This document shows positions 52,022-62,332 of a stretch of DNA of 64,000 bases, piece after piece. The position numbers were made by a program, and so were the translations under genes. The notes beneath the pieces were generated by a model. That model saw only the letters and a list, made by a program, of their open reading frames with translations, did not search any database and had not been told where the DNA came from. Numbering within the stretch: position 1 is the first letter of the stretch; every line of letters begins with the position of its first letter. The DNA lies in contig CAVSIV010000004.1 in NCBI GenBank assembly GCA_963728205.1, positions 168,643 through 232,642 on the forward strand, given 5' to 3'. The stretch comes from an uncultured Chloroflexia bacterium (lineage in GTDB: Bacteria; Chloroflexota; Dehalococcoidia; UBA2979).

Positions 52022-52906
52022 ATGGCGTTGCTACGCGAGCAGTGGGAAGTCATCGGCCGCAAGCCGGCCGCGGAGCTCGGCGCCACCCGCCGGCAGCTGC
52101 ACTGCGCGCTCCAGGTCCTCGCCCGCGTCCCGGAGACGTTCGTGCCGGCGCGCGAGGACTCCAGCCACGCGGCGTTCGACTGGGACGGCGGCCAGCGCGC
52201 GTTCGTCAGCCAGACGATTCCGGCGCCCGACCCGTACCGCGTCGCGCTGCGCGTGCCGGACGCGATGGCGCTCACCATCGGCGCCGCCGGCGAGCCGCTG
52301 GGTCACTTCGCGCTGCACGGTCGCTCGATCGCCGCCCTCGCCTCCTGGATCAGCGGCGAGACGGGACGGCTCGGCCCCGGCCCTCTGTCGCTCGACGCCG
52401 CGACCGGCGCCGGCTCCGACTGGCCGCCGCCCGCGTGCGCGGGCCGCGACGCCTTCGACTTCAGCGACTACGACGCCCTGCAGGAGCTGCCGCACTACTA
52501 CATGGACGCGTTCCGGCTGCTCGAGGACCTGCGCGGGCGCTGGGTCGACCGCGCGTCGCCGTCCCCCGTGCGCGTCTGGCCGCACGGGTTCGACATCGAC
52601 GCCGTCCTCGCACTCGGCGAGCGCGACGGCGAGCAGCACACCGTCGGCGTGGGCATGTCGCCGGGCGACGCCGACGTCGACCAGCCGTACTTCTACGTGA
52701 ACGCGTGGCCCGCGGGCGATCGCTCGCGGCTGCCACCGATGGAGGAGAGCCGCGGCCGGTGGTCGACCGACGGCTGGTTCGGCGCGGCGCTCCCCGCGCG
52801 CGACGTCGTCGACGACGGCGACCCGGACGCGCAGGCGCTGACCGTCACGCAGTTCTACGACTTCGCCGTGGACGTCCTGTACCGGATGGAGACGGCGACC
52901 GGCTGA
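52022..52906 (+). CDS. Hypothetical protein (DUF5996-like)
   Basis: AGGAG SD; VWPHGFD, GMSPGD...PYFYV.AWP. Confidence 0.65.
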   Translation: MALLREQWEVIGRKPAAELGATRRQLHCALQVLARVPETFVPAREDSSHAAFDWDGGQRAFVSQTIPAPDPYRVALRVPDAMALTIGAAGEPLGHFALHGRSIAALASWISGETGRLGPGPLSLDAATGAGSDWPPPACAGRDAFDFSDYDALQELPHYYMDAFRLLEDLRGRWVDRASPSPVRVWPHGFDIDAVLALGERDGEQHTVGVGMSPGDADVDQPYFYVNAWPAGDRSRLPPMEESRGRWSTDGWFGAALPARDVVDDGDPDAQALTVTQFYDFAVDVLYRMETATG

Positions 52907-52966
52907 CGACGCGGGTGCCGACGTCGTGCCCGAAGCGAGCGCGAGGGATATGATGACGCTCCTCGA

Positions 52967-53042
52967 GCGGGAGTAGCTCAGCTGGCAGAGCATCTGCTTC
53001 CCAAGCAGAGGGTCGCCGGTTCGAATCCGGTCTCCCGCTCCA
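52967..53042 (+). tRNA. tRNA-Gly (CCC)
   Basis: GCGGGAG/CTCCCGC acceptor stem, TAGCTCAG D arm, CTGCT-TCCCA-AGCAG anticodon arm, GGTTCGAATCC, encoded CCA; TATGAT -10 at 52949-52954. Confidence 0.96.
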
Positions 53043-53503
53043 GATCTCTCATTCCTCTGTGCCGCGATTGGCGCTGTCAGGTTTCAGAACCTGGCATTCC
53101 TGCCGATCGAAGTGCGTAGAGCCACGAGTTCCTCGCCGGCCACGTGGCGCCACAACCGACCCACTGCCTCGTCGCCGACCCTATGCCTGCCCCAAAAGGC
53201 GGGGTGGCGCGGCGGCGAGCCCGAATCTGAGCCGATGCCCCGACGCGGTCCATTTGACCCACTGATTTCGAGGCAGTGGGGCGCCCCGGTCGGCCGCTTC
53301 ATCCCGGCGCGACGCCAACGCCGGATGCGCCGCCTGTCCTGACGAAGGCGGTACCGACTCAGCGTGCCGTCCGCCGCCGCGATGACGGCGACCGCGAATC
53401 GCGCGCAGCGCACCGCCCCGAACGTGGCGGTCGACGCCGCCTGGCGCGATACCGATCGTCAAGATCCCTTGACGGTTCCCGCTGGTCATCCGATCATCAC
53501 TCC

Positions 53504-53815
53504 ATGGCCACCACTCAGCCCCAACAGCCGCCCACGCTCGAGGCGCTCCGCGCCCTTCACGCTCGCGAGCGAGACCTGGCGCAGACGAAGCACGACCTGA
53601 TCGCACGGGCGCGCCAGGAACGCCACTCGTGGTCCGAGATCGGGGCTGCGCTTGGCATCAGCAAGCAGGCTGCCTGGCAGGCCTACAACGAGGCCATTAC
53701 CGAGATCCTCGATCAGGCGGCTGCGCGCTCCGGTCTCGGCGAGGACGAGGCGATGCAACTCGCTCGTGAAGAGCTCGCGGCGCTACGACGCGAACGACGC
53801 AAGCGTCGCTCGTAG
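53504..53815 (+). CDS. HTH-containing putative antitoxin
   Basis: SWSEIGAALGISKQAAWQ HTH; abuts the PIN gene. Confidence 0.75.
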   Translation: MATTQPQQPPTLEALRALHARERDLAQTKHDLIARARQERHSWSEIGAALGISKQAAWQAYNEAITEILDQAAARSGLGEDEAMQLAREELAALRRERRKRRS

Positions 53816-54222
53816 GTGCGACTCCTGCTCGACACCAACGTCCTCGTGTCGGCCGTCGTCGCCGCCGGTGTCTCGCGGCGTCTGTTCGAACTGTGGCGGC
53901 GCGATCGCCGATTCGAGCTCGTCGTTTGCCCGACGTTGCTCGCAGAGCTCGAGGCCGTCCTGACGCGGGATCGATTCGCTCGCTTCATCACCCCTGCGGA
54001 GGTCTCGGAGCTCGTTGGGTTCCTCCGGACGGAGGCCGACTTCGTCGACGACCCCGCGGACGTCCCGGCGTCAACCCGGGATCCGGACGATGACTACCTC
54101 GTCGCCGTCGCACAGCGCGAGCGTGTCTATGCGCTGGTCTCAGGCGATAGCGACCTGCAGACTCGAAGATGTCCCCATCGAGGTCCTGTCGCCTGCCGAG
54201 ATCTACGCGCGCCTCGAGTCCG
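53816..54222 (+). CDS. PIN-family toxin, frameshift near 54160, 3' end runs into RHS remnant
   Basis: MRLLLDTNVLVSA, RDPDDDYL, LVSGDSDL, then VLSPAE in a shifted frame. Confidence 0.75.
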
Positions 54223-54540
54223 GCACCGACCCCAGTTCGTCGTCGGAGAGGTGTGCTGGGTCCCGGACGCGTCCGTCATCGAGATCAGGTCCAACCCGTA
54301 CACGCAGCTGTACGCCCCGTCCCGGATCGCCACCGGCAGCGCCGACGCCGCGTGGTACGCCACCACTGAGGTCAGCCGGCCCAGGCTCTCGTACGCGTAG
54401 GTGGTCGTCCCCGCGCCCGTCGCCACCAGGTGCGTGCGGTTGCGCACCGCATCCAGTGTGTACGTGCAGCTCGAGAACGTCCCGTGTTCGCGCTCGTCAC
54501 CGACAGCAACCGGTTGGCGTTGTCGTAGGTGTCGCGGGCC
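54223..54540 (-). pseudogene. Degraded RHS core remnant, interrupted by IS21 and resuming at 56825-56866
   Basis: LPVAIRDGAYSCVYGLDLISMTD and DTYDNANRLLSVT match the downstream RHS cassettes. Confidence 0.75.
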
Positions 54541-54667
54541 TGACGACGCTCATCTGAAGTTCCCCAGACCTGCTCACTGAAATTCCCCACCTCCCAGGCG
54601 GTGTGGTCCCTGCAGGGGCTGCTCTCGATGCTGACGCTGCGGCGGCGGCAGCGAGGAGCCGAGGACC

Positions 54668-55960
54668 GTGCTGCGATGGGAGGAAGACGTGGAAGCACAC
54701 GCGCTGCGCCGACGGGGTTGGACGATCGCGGCGATCGCTCGACACCTCGGGCGCGACCGCAAGACCGTGCGGGCCTACCTGCGCGGAGACCGCGAGCCGG
54801 GGAAGCGGCAGCGCGCGGGGACGGACGAGTTCGAGCCGTTCGTCGCGTACGTCGGTGAGCGCCTGCGCGAGGACCCGCACCTGTGGGCGAGCGTGCTCTA
54901 CGACGAGGTCGTCGCGCTCGGCTATCCGCGCTCGTACCCGTCGTTCACGCGCTCGCTGCGCGATCGCAGACTGCGCCCGCCGTGCCTCGCCTGCGCCGGC
55001 GTGAAGGGTCGAGTGACGGTCGAGATCGCCCACCCGCCCGGGGACGAGATGCAGTGGGACTGGCTCGATCTCGGCGAGGCGCCGTGGGGCGGCAAGGCGA
55101 TCCTGCTGGTCGCGGCGCTCTCGGCATCGGGCCGGGTGCGCGCGGTCTTCGCCGATGGGCAGGACCAGGCGCACGTCGTCGAGGGCATCGACGCCGTGCT
55201 GCGCCGCTTCGGCGGAACCGCGCGGCGCTGGCGCTTCGATCGCATGACCGGCGTCGTCGACACGCGCACCGGCAAGGTGCTCGCGAGCTTCGCCGCGGTC
55301 GCGAAGTACTACGGTGTCGGCATCGACGTCTGCCCGCCGCGAGCCGGCAACCGCAAGGGCGTGGTCGAGGCCGCCAACCGCTTCCTGCAGCGACGCTGGT
55401 GGCGCACCGCCCGCGTCTCCACTCAGCAGGAGGCGCAGGCCGCGCTCGACCGCTTTACGTCGACGACCGCCGACGGACGCCGGCGGGGGGACCAGCTCAT
55501 CCGCGTGCTCGCCGAGGCCGAGCCGCTGCTGCCGCTCCCGGCCGAACCCTACCCGGCTACGCTCGAGGTCGAGCGCACCGTCGGCGCCTCCGCGCTCGTC
55601 GCCTTCCGCGGCAACCGCTACTCGGTGCCGCCCGGGCTCGCCGGGGCCACGGTCATCCTGCGCCAGCGCCTGGACGAGCCTCGCCTACGGGTGCTCACCA
55701 CCGACGGCGTCATCGTGGCGGAGCACGACCTCGCGCGAGCGGGTGCGGGGCAGCTCGTGCGCAGCACTGAGCACGCCCAGGCGCTGGAGCACGCGGTGCT
55801 CGAGCGCTTCACGTCCGACCCGCCGTGCCGGCGCAAGGCGAACCGGCCACCGGGGTCGGCGGCGCTCGCAGAGGCGGCGAAGCTGCGCCCCGACGTGCCC
55901 GGTGCCGTCGTGCACATCGACCTCGCCCGCTGGGCACGCGCGGCGGAGGCGGCACGGTGA
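54668..55960 (+). CDS. istA: IS21 transposase
   Basis: N-terminal HTH, PG.EMQWDW, FDRM, KGVVE, GNRYSVP. Confidence 0.92.
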   Translation: MLRWEEDVEAHALRRRGWTIAAIARHLGRDRKTVRAYLRGDREPGKRQRAGTDEFEPFVAYVGERLREDPHLWASVLYDEVVALGYPRSYPSFTRSLRDRRLRPPCLACAGVKGRVTVEIAHPPGDEMQWDWLDLGEAPWGGKAILLVAALSASGRVRAVFADGQDQAHVVEGIDAVLRRFGGTARRWRFDRMTGVVDTRTGKVLASFAAVAKYYGVGIDVCPPRAGNRKGVVEAANRFLQRRWWRTARVSTQQEAQAALDRFTSTTADGRRRGDQLIRVLAEAEPLLPLPAEPYPATLEVERTVGASALVAFRGNRYSVPPGLAGATVILRQRLDEPRLRVLTTDGVIVAEHDLARAGAGQLVRSTEHAQALEHAVLERFTSDPPCRRKANRPPGSAALAEAAKLRPDVPGAVVHIDLARWARAAEAAR

Positions 55961-56748
55961 CGGAGGCGCAGACCTATCAGCAGCTGCGTGCGCACCTCGC
56001 GTACCTGCGGCTCGACGCCGCGGCCGAGGCCCTGGCGCAGGAGCTCGACGCGGCGCGCGCGGGCAAGCTCTCGCATACCGTCTTCCTCGAGCACCTGCTC
56101 GGTATCGAGGTCACGGCGACCAGCGAGCGTCGGCGCGCCGGCCGTCTGCGCCTCGCCGGCTTCCCCGCCCCCTGGCGGCTCGAGGACTTCGACTTCGACG
56201 CGCAGCCCGGCCTCGACCGCGCGCTCGTCACCGACCTCGCGACGCTGCGCTTCGTCGACGACGCCGCGAACGTGCTCTTCATCGGACCACCCGGCGTCGG
56301 CAAGACGCACCTGGCGATCGCGCTCGGCCACCTCGCGATCGACGCCGGCCATCGCGTCTACTACACGACCGCCGCCGACCTCGCGGCGCGCTGCCACCGC
56401 GCCGCGATCGAGGGCCGCTGGGCCAACACGATGCGCTTCTTCGCGGCGCCGCAGCTGCTCATCGTCGACGAGCTTGGGTACCTACCCCTGCCGCCCGAGG
56501 CCGCCTCCGCGCTCTTCCAGGTCGTGGCCCGGCGCTACCTCAAGGGCAGCATCGTGCTGACCACCAACCGCGGCATCACCGAGTGGGGCGAGATCTTCGA
56601 CGACTCCACCGTCGCCGCCGCCATGCTCGACCGCCTGCTGCACCGAGCGACCGTCGTCGCGATCGACGGCGAGAGCTACCGCCTGCGCACGCACCAGGCA
56701 CGCATCGACCAGCTCCGAAAGGGGATCGCGCCCGTGACCAAACGCTAG
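55957..56748 (+). CDS. istB: IS21 helper ATPase
   Basis: GPPGVGKTHLA, LLIVDELGY, AMLDRLLH, GESYR. Confidence 0.95.
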   Translation: MTEAQTYQQLRAHLAYLRLDAAAEALAQELDAARAGKLSHTVFLEHLLGIEVTATSERRRAGRLRLAGFPAPWRLEDFDFDAQPGLDRALVTDLATLRFVDDAANVLFIGPPGVGKTHLAIALGHLAIDAGHRVYYTTAADLAARCHRAAIEGRWANTMRFFAAPQLLIVDELGYLPLPPEAASALFQVVARRYLKGSIVLTTNRGITEWGEIFDDSTVAAAMLDRLLHRATVVAIDGESYRLRTHQARIDQLRKGIAPVTKR

Positions 56749-56900
56749 GATGAAGCTCGATCACCCGCCCGCGAGGTGGGGAATTTCGATGAGCGACCCT
56801 GGGGAATTTCGCTGAGCCGCGTCAGGCCCTCACCCCGTTCGGGTACGCCGTCGTCGTCAGGTTGCTCGACGCGGTTTCGACGCCCGTACCGGCGCCGACG

Positions 56901-57323
56901 TCAACGCTTCGACGCCATCACGATGAGAGCCTCCGCCAAGATCACGATCACGACTGCGATCTGAATGACAGGCGTCCAGCGTTCCGCTCCGGCAGCTATG
57001 ACGATTCCAGCGACGACTGCTGCGGCAAGAACAAGGGCTATCCAAGCGAACCTACGTCCAACCAGCACCGGTCCGATTGAGTTAGACGGCAGTCGACGAG
57101 GAGCAGAACGAGCACTGTTTACTCGTTCAGCCATGCCCCATCGAGCCAAATGTCGCACAGCGAGTAAGAATAGGATCGATGCCGGCACGAAGAGCAACAA
57201 CCACCAAAGATTGCTCGAGTGCACGACTGCAATCACCATGACAGCTATCGCCGCCGTCGCCACGCTAATGGTCAGCCAACGATAGGTCAGTTTCCGCTCG
57301 TAGATCGCTCTATCCGACGGCAA
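56901..57323 (-). CDS. Putative membrane immunity protein (cassette 4)
   Basis: About four TM helices; TTG start just after the upstream AAGGAG-TAG. Confidence 0.6.
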   Translation of the reverse strand: MPSDRAIYERKLTYRWLTISVATAAIAVMVIAVVHSSNLWWLLLFVPASILFLLAVRHLARWGMAERVNSARSAPRRLPSNSIGPVLVGRRFAWIALVLAAAVVAGIVIAAGAERWTPVIQIAVVIVILAEALIVMASKR

Positions 57324-57327
57324 CCGG

Positions 57328-58815
57328 CTACTCCTTCTCCGCGAGTGGGAGCGCCATTGAGCCCTGGTGCGGATTCGCGATCGAGTTGCGCGTCGATGAT
57401 CCCGTCTGACCTTCACCGTGCTGCCGGAACTCGCGCCCCGCGACGCCCGCGGCAACAGCATCCGCAGCCACCGTGTGCGCGTAGACTGATAGCCCGACCG
57501 TCTCCGGCAGCTGAGGAATAATCACGCTTGCGCCTGCGACCCCAAGGTCGAGCCCGACCTGCACCCATCCACCTTCAGAGTCACCCGACAACTGCGAAGC
57601 AACGTCAAAACCGGTCGCTGTGAGATTGGCGCCCACTGCCAGTACAGCCAAAGCGCCGCACCCGAGCGATGCGCCGCCAAGCGACGCGACCTCACAAGTC
57701 GCTGCAGCACCACCGAGAACGGAACCAACGATGGCAGCGCCCGCGCCGAGTCGATGACATTGAATTCCGAGAAGGCTACAGAGCCCCGTCGGGTCCGTTA
57801 GTAGCGCCGGATTCCCCTGTGCGTACGCGTATCGCTGCGCGAACCCCACCGGGTCCCGCGAGATGAACCGTCCGGTCGTCGGGTCGTAGTAGCGCGCCCG
57901 CAGGAAGTAGTACCCGGTGTCGCCGGAGCCGTCATCGGCCTGCTCCCCCGTGAACTTCCACGCCGTCGCCGTCGTCCCCGTGCGCGCCGTCACCGCCCCG
58001 AACGCGTCGTACACGAACGTGTCCGTCACCGCTCCCGTCCCGTCGGTGAGGTCGGACACCGACCCCAGTCCGTCGTACGAGAGGTAGTGCTGGGTCCCGG
58101 AGCCGTCCGTCATCGAGATCAGGTCCAGTCCGTACACGTAGCTGTACGTCCCGTCCTGGATCACCACCGGCAGCTTCGACGCCGCGTCCCACGTGTACGC
58201 CGTCGTCGTCCCGTTCACCGTGTGGCTCAGCCGCAGCCCGTTGCCGTCGTACACCGAGGACGAGGTCACCCCGCCCACCACCGACTGTGTGAGCCGGTTC
58301 TCGTGGTCGTACGTGAACGTGTCCGACCCCGCGCCCGTCTGGTTCCCGTTCGCGTCGTACGTGTAACTCACGCCGCCCGCAGCGGTCATCTCGTTCGCGT
58401 CGTCGTACGTGTACGACGTGCTGTTCTTCGCCGTCCGGTTCCCGATCGCGTCGTACGTGTACGTGTCCGTCGTCGGCCCCGGGTAGGTCACCGAGGTCAG
58501 CCGGTCCAGGCTGTCGTAGGAGTACGTGGTCGTCCCCGCGCCGGCTCCCGTCGCGACCATCTGGGTGCGGTTCCCCACCGCGTCCAGCGTGTATGTGAAG
58601 CTCGAGAACGTACCCGTGTTCGCGTTCGTCACCGAGAGGAGGCGGTTCGCGTTGTCGTAGGTGTCGGTCGCCGACACCCCGTTCGGGTACGTCGTCGTCG
58701 TCAGGTTCCCGGCGTCGTCGTAAGCGTAGCTCGTCTGGTTGGTTAGCCAGTCCGTCACTGTCGACATGCGGTTGTCCGCATCGTAGGTGTAGCTCACCTG
58801 CTTCGTGTCCGGGTA
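57328..58815 (-). CDS. Orphan RHS core + C-terminal toxin cassette 4 (5'-truncated)
   Basis: YD repeats, YYFLRARYYDP..GRFISRDP, DPTGLC, hydrophobic tip. Confidence 0.85.
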   Translation of the reverse strand, partial: YPDTKQVSYTYDADNRMSTVTDWLTNQTSYAYDDAGNLTTTTYPNGVSATDTYDNANRLLSVTNANTGTFSSFTYTLDAVGNRTQMVATGAGAGTTTYSYDSLDRLTSVTYPGPTTDTYTYDAIGNRTAKNSTSYTYDDANEMTAAGGVSYTYDANGNQTGAGSDTFTYDHENRLTQSVVGGVTSSSVYDGNGLRLSHTVNGTTTAYTWDAASKLPVVIQDGTYSYVYGLDLISMTDGSGTQHYLSYDGLGSVSDLTDGTGAVTDTFVYDAFGAVTARTGTTATAWKFTGEQADDGSGDTGYYFLRARYYDPTTGRFISRDPVGFAQRYAYAQGNPALLTDPTGLCSLLGIQCHRLGAGAAIVGSVLGGAAATCEVASLGGASLGCGALAVLAVGANLTATGFDVASQLSGDSEGGWVQVGLDLGVAGASVIIPQLPETVGLSVYAHTVAADAVAAGVAGREFRQHGEGQTGSSTRNSIANPHQGSMALPLAEKE

Positions 58816-58860
58816 CGTGATGCTCGTGCGGCGTCGTATACCCTTACTCCACAGATTGAA

Positions 58861-59241
58861 CTATCCGTTGAGTAGCATGGAGATGACGACGAGAGCGATC
58901 ATCGCTGCGATGACGATGCCAGCAGTTAAGTACGGATGGTCGAAGAGAGCTCGTTCAACCCACGTGCCCGTCCCGATGACGTTATCACGGCGCTGTTGTT
59001 GTGTTTGAAGCCGTGTCCGGCGTAAGAGATGGTAGATCGCGACTCCGAACGGTATCGTCGATGGAACGAGAAGTGGCACAGGGATGTACTGCTGCAGTTG
59101 ATGGATCCCGAAGCTCGCGAGAACCGGTGCAAAGAAGAACGCGACAGCTACCGCGATCCACCGGACGAGAAGCTCACTCTCGCGATCCGCTTCGGGAGTC
59201 CCCCCACTGCGACGGCGCAACTCGTCTCTACGGCTCGTCAA
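58861..59241 (-). CDS. Putative membrane immunity protein (cassette 3)
   Basis: About three TM helices, directly downstream of the toxin tip. Confidence 0.6.
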   Translation of the reverse strand: MTSRRDELRRRSGGTPEADRESELLVRWIAVAVAFFFAPVLASFGIHQLQQYIPVPLLVPSTIPFGVAIYHLLRRTRLQTQQQRRDNVIGTGTWVERALFDHPYLTAGIVIAAMIALVVISMLLNG

Positions 59242-59245
59242 TGCA

Positions 59246-60106
59246 TCACTCCTTGGCGGCCGTCAACACGCTCTCACCGGCGACCGCAGGCGCACCGCGC
59301 TCGCTGCGGAACACGGAGATGGCATCCAACGGAACGGTCAATGCGTGGTAAGCGATACTCGCGGAGCGGCCGGTCAACGCTGCGTACTCAGCACTCAAAG
59401 CAGGCATCTGCGATACGCTCCTCGCAACGGCCCCCTCTACACCGAGCCCGACAACAGTGCCTGCGAACCGCGGTCGGCTGCCCCCTGGAGGCACCCGCCG
59501 CTGAAGATCTGGTGCCCGAGCACCCCGCAGAGTCCGAGCGGGTCGACCAGCAACGCGGGATTGTCATTCGCATACGCATAGCGCTGCGCGAACTCCACCG
59601 GGTCACGCGAGATGAACCGCCCCGTGGTCGGGTCGTAGTAGCGGGCCCGCAGGAAGTAGTACCCAGTGTCGCCGGAGCCGTCGTCGGCCTGCTCGCCCGT
59701 GAACTTCCACGCCGTCGCCGTCGTCCCCGTGCGCGCCGTCACCGCACCGAACGCGTCGTACACGAACGTGTCCGTCACCGCGCCCGTCCCGTCGGTGAGG
59801 TCGGACACCGACCCCAGCCCGTCGTACGAGAGGTAGTGCTGGGTCCCGGAGCCGTCCGTCATCGCGATCAGGTCCAGCCCGTACACGCAGCTGTACGTCC
59901 CGTCCTGGATCACCACCGGCAGCGCCGACGCCGCGTCCCACGTGTACGTCGTCGTCGTCCCGTTCACCGTGTGGCTCAGGCCCAGCCCGTTGCCGTCGTA
60001 CACGGACGACGACGTCACCCCGCCCACGACCGACTGGGTGAGCCGGTTCTCGTGGTCGTACGTGAACGTGTCCGACCCCGCGCCCGTCTGGTTCCCGTTC
60101 GCGTCA
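59246..60106 (-). pseudogene. Orphan RHS core + C-terminal toxin cassette 3 (short, frameshifted near 59490)
   Basis: RHS core ending DPLGLC; tip continues in a shifted frame to TAAKE-stop. Confidence 0.75.
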
Positions 60107-60153
60107 TAGCGGGATGGGACTTCGGATGGGCAACGGCGAGGCTCAGAAACGGA

Positions 60154-60426
60154 TCATTGTTTCGAGAATCCTTTCCCCATAAACAAGTATCCGGGGATCA
60201 TAGCGAGTCCGACAAGCGCGCCCACGATTAAGTTCCAAATCGATGGACCGCCGATGAGTGTCGCAGCGATGCTACCTGCGACCAGCCCTGACGCAGCCCC
60301 GAATACAGCCCAGGCGATAGCCGGCAACTTGATCGCATGATGCCTCGTTAGGCGTCCCACGACGACTGCAACTGTGTAAATCAGAGCAAATACTAAGAAG
60401 GTCGAGACGACGCCATGCGCAGACAT
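60154..60426 (-). CDS. Putative membrane immunity protein (cassette 2)
   Basis: 90-aa, about three TM helices, AAGGAG SD. Confidence 0.65.
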   Translation of the reverse strand: MSAHGVVSTFLVFALIYTVAVVVGRLTRHHAIKLPAIAWAVFGAASGLVAGSIAATLIGGPSIWNLIVGALVGLAMIPGYLFMGKGFSKQ

Positions 60427-60434
60427 CGGTAGCG

Positions 60435-62022
60435 CTACTCCTTTGTTGAAAGCGGCTCAGTCGATGAGGGCGCCGCCACCGTGCCACTCACGGGTGCGAG
60501 AGTCGCTGTGGCCTGCGGCGGACGAACCGCCAAGTCGATGAGGAGGGCGCCGCCGGTCCCGACCGCGGCGCCAGTTGCGACGCCTACCCCGCAGACTATG
60601 GGCCAAAGCGGGCCGGTGTAGAAGGCAGTACAGGTTACGGCGGGGAAGTAGGTGCTTAACGCAACCAAAGCGACGCCGATCGATGCACGCTCGACAACGT
60701 CGTGTTCTGGCGTTAGCGGGATGACTGCGAGCGCCGCAGCACGTCCGATCGTACGAGTCGCATCGAACGCGCAGTCGCCCCAGTCTCTAGGGCTAAAGCT
60801 GCGCCGGCAGAGGCCGCTCGGATCGATGAGCAGCGCTGGGTTGTCATTCGCATATGCATAGCGTTGCGGGAACTCCACCGGGTCACGTGAGATGAACCGT
60901 CCGGTCGTCGGGTCGTAGTAGCGCGCCCGCAGGAAGTAGTACCCGGTGTCGCCGGAGCCGTCATCGGCCTGCTCCCCCGTGAACTTCCACGCCGTCGCCG
61001 TCGTCCCCGTGCGCGCCGTCACCGCCCCGAACGCGTCGTACACGAACGTGTCCGTCACCGCTCCCGTCCCGTCGGTGAGGTCGGACACCGACCCCAGTCC
61101 GTCGTACGAGAGGTAGTGCTGGGTCCCGGAGCCGTCCGTCATCGAGAATCAGGTCCAGTCCGTACACGTAGCTGTACGTCCCGTCCTGGATCACCACCGG
61201 CAGTTGCGACGCCGCGTCCCACGTGTACGTCGTCGTCGTCCCGTTCACCGTGTGGCTCAGCCGCAGCCCGTTCCCGTAGTACACCGACGACGAGGTCACG
61301 CCCCCCACCACGGCCTGCGTCAGCCGGTTCTCGTGGTCGTGCGTGAACGTGTCCGACCCCGAGCCCGTCTGGTTCCCGTTCGCGTCGTACGTGTAGGTCA
61401 CGCCGCCGGCGGCGGTCATCTCGTTCGCGTCGTCGTACGTGTACGACGTCGTGTTCTTCGCTGTCCGATTCCCGATCGCGTCGTAGGTGTACGCGTCCGT
61501 CGTCGGGCCCGCGTAGGTCACCGACGTCAGTCGGTCCAGGCTGTCGTAGGAGTACGACGTCGTCCCCGCGCCGGCGCCCGTCGCCACCATCTGCGTGCGG
61601 TTGCCCACCGCGTCCAGCGTGTACGTGAAGCTCGAGAATGTCCCGCTGTTCGCGTTCGTCACCGACAGCAGCCGGTTCGCGTGGTCGTAGGTGCCGCTGG
61701 CCGTGACCCCGTTCGGGTACGTCGTCGTCGTCAGGTTGCCGGCGTCGTCGTAGCGTAGCTCGTCTGGTTCGACAGCCAGTCCGTCACCGTCGACATGCGG
61801 TTGTCCGCGTCGTAGGTGTACGTCACCTGCTTCGAGTCCGGCTAAGTGATGCTCGTGCGGTTCCCCGCGTCGTCGTACTCGTACGACACCACGCTCGAGC
61901 CCGGATACGTGATCGAGGTCGTCCGACCGTCCGCGTCGTACGCATAGCTCGTCGTCCCCTGCGGATCCGTCATCGAGGTCTGGCGGTTCGCGTCGTCGTA
62001 CGCGTAGCTGACCGTGTCGACC
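60435..62022 (-). pseudogene. Orphan RHS core + C-terminal toxin cassette 2 (frameshifts/stop in repeat region)
   Basis: YD repeats split over frames, DPSGLC, hydrophobic tip ending STKE. Confidence 0.8.
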
Positions 62023-62024
62023 GA

Positions 62025-62324
62025 TTAGCGCCTCCTCTTTGACTGTTGAGCCGACGCAACGAAGTCCGTAAGGACGCGCCGTTCCCAAGCATACTTCACG
62101 CCGGATGCTAGCACTGCGCTCACCACAAGGACCGTCAGAGGCAACCCGGTGTACGGATCGAGTTGGAGAGCCATAGCCATACCAAATATCAAGACGATGC
62201 TCGCTGCTAGTCCGAATCCCAGGCGGGCGGCCATTGTCAGATCAGCCCTGCGGAACAGAACAAGAGTTAGCACGATAGTCGGCGCACTTACGATCCACAG
62301 AACAATCACGATGTAGAGAGGCAT
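62025..62324 (-). CDS. Putative membrane immunity protein (cassette 1)
   Basis: About three TM helices, downstream of AAGGAG-TGA. Confidence 0.62.
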   Translation of the reverse strand: MPLYIVIVLWIVSAPTIVLTLVLFRRADLTMAARLGFGLAASIVLIFGMAMALQLDPYTGLPLTVLVVSAVLASGVKYAWERRVLTDFVASAQQSKRRR

Positions 62325-62332
62325 AGGAGCGG

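Larger units (their letters stand above)
54541..56824 (+). mobile_element. IS21-family insertion sequence
   Basis: TG..CA ends, repeated GAAA/GTTCCCCA motifs in both ends, GGCC direct repeat at 54537-54540 and 56825-56828, istA-istB. Confidence 0.92.
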
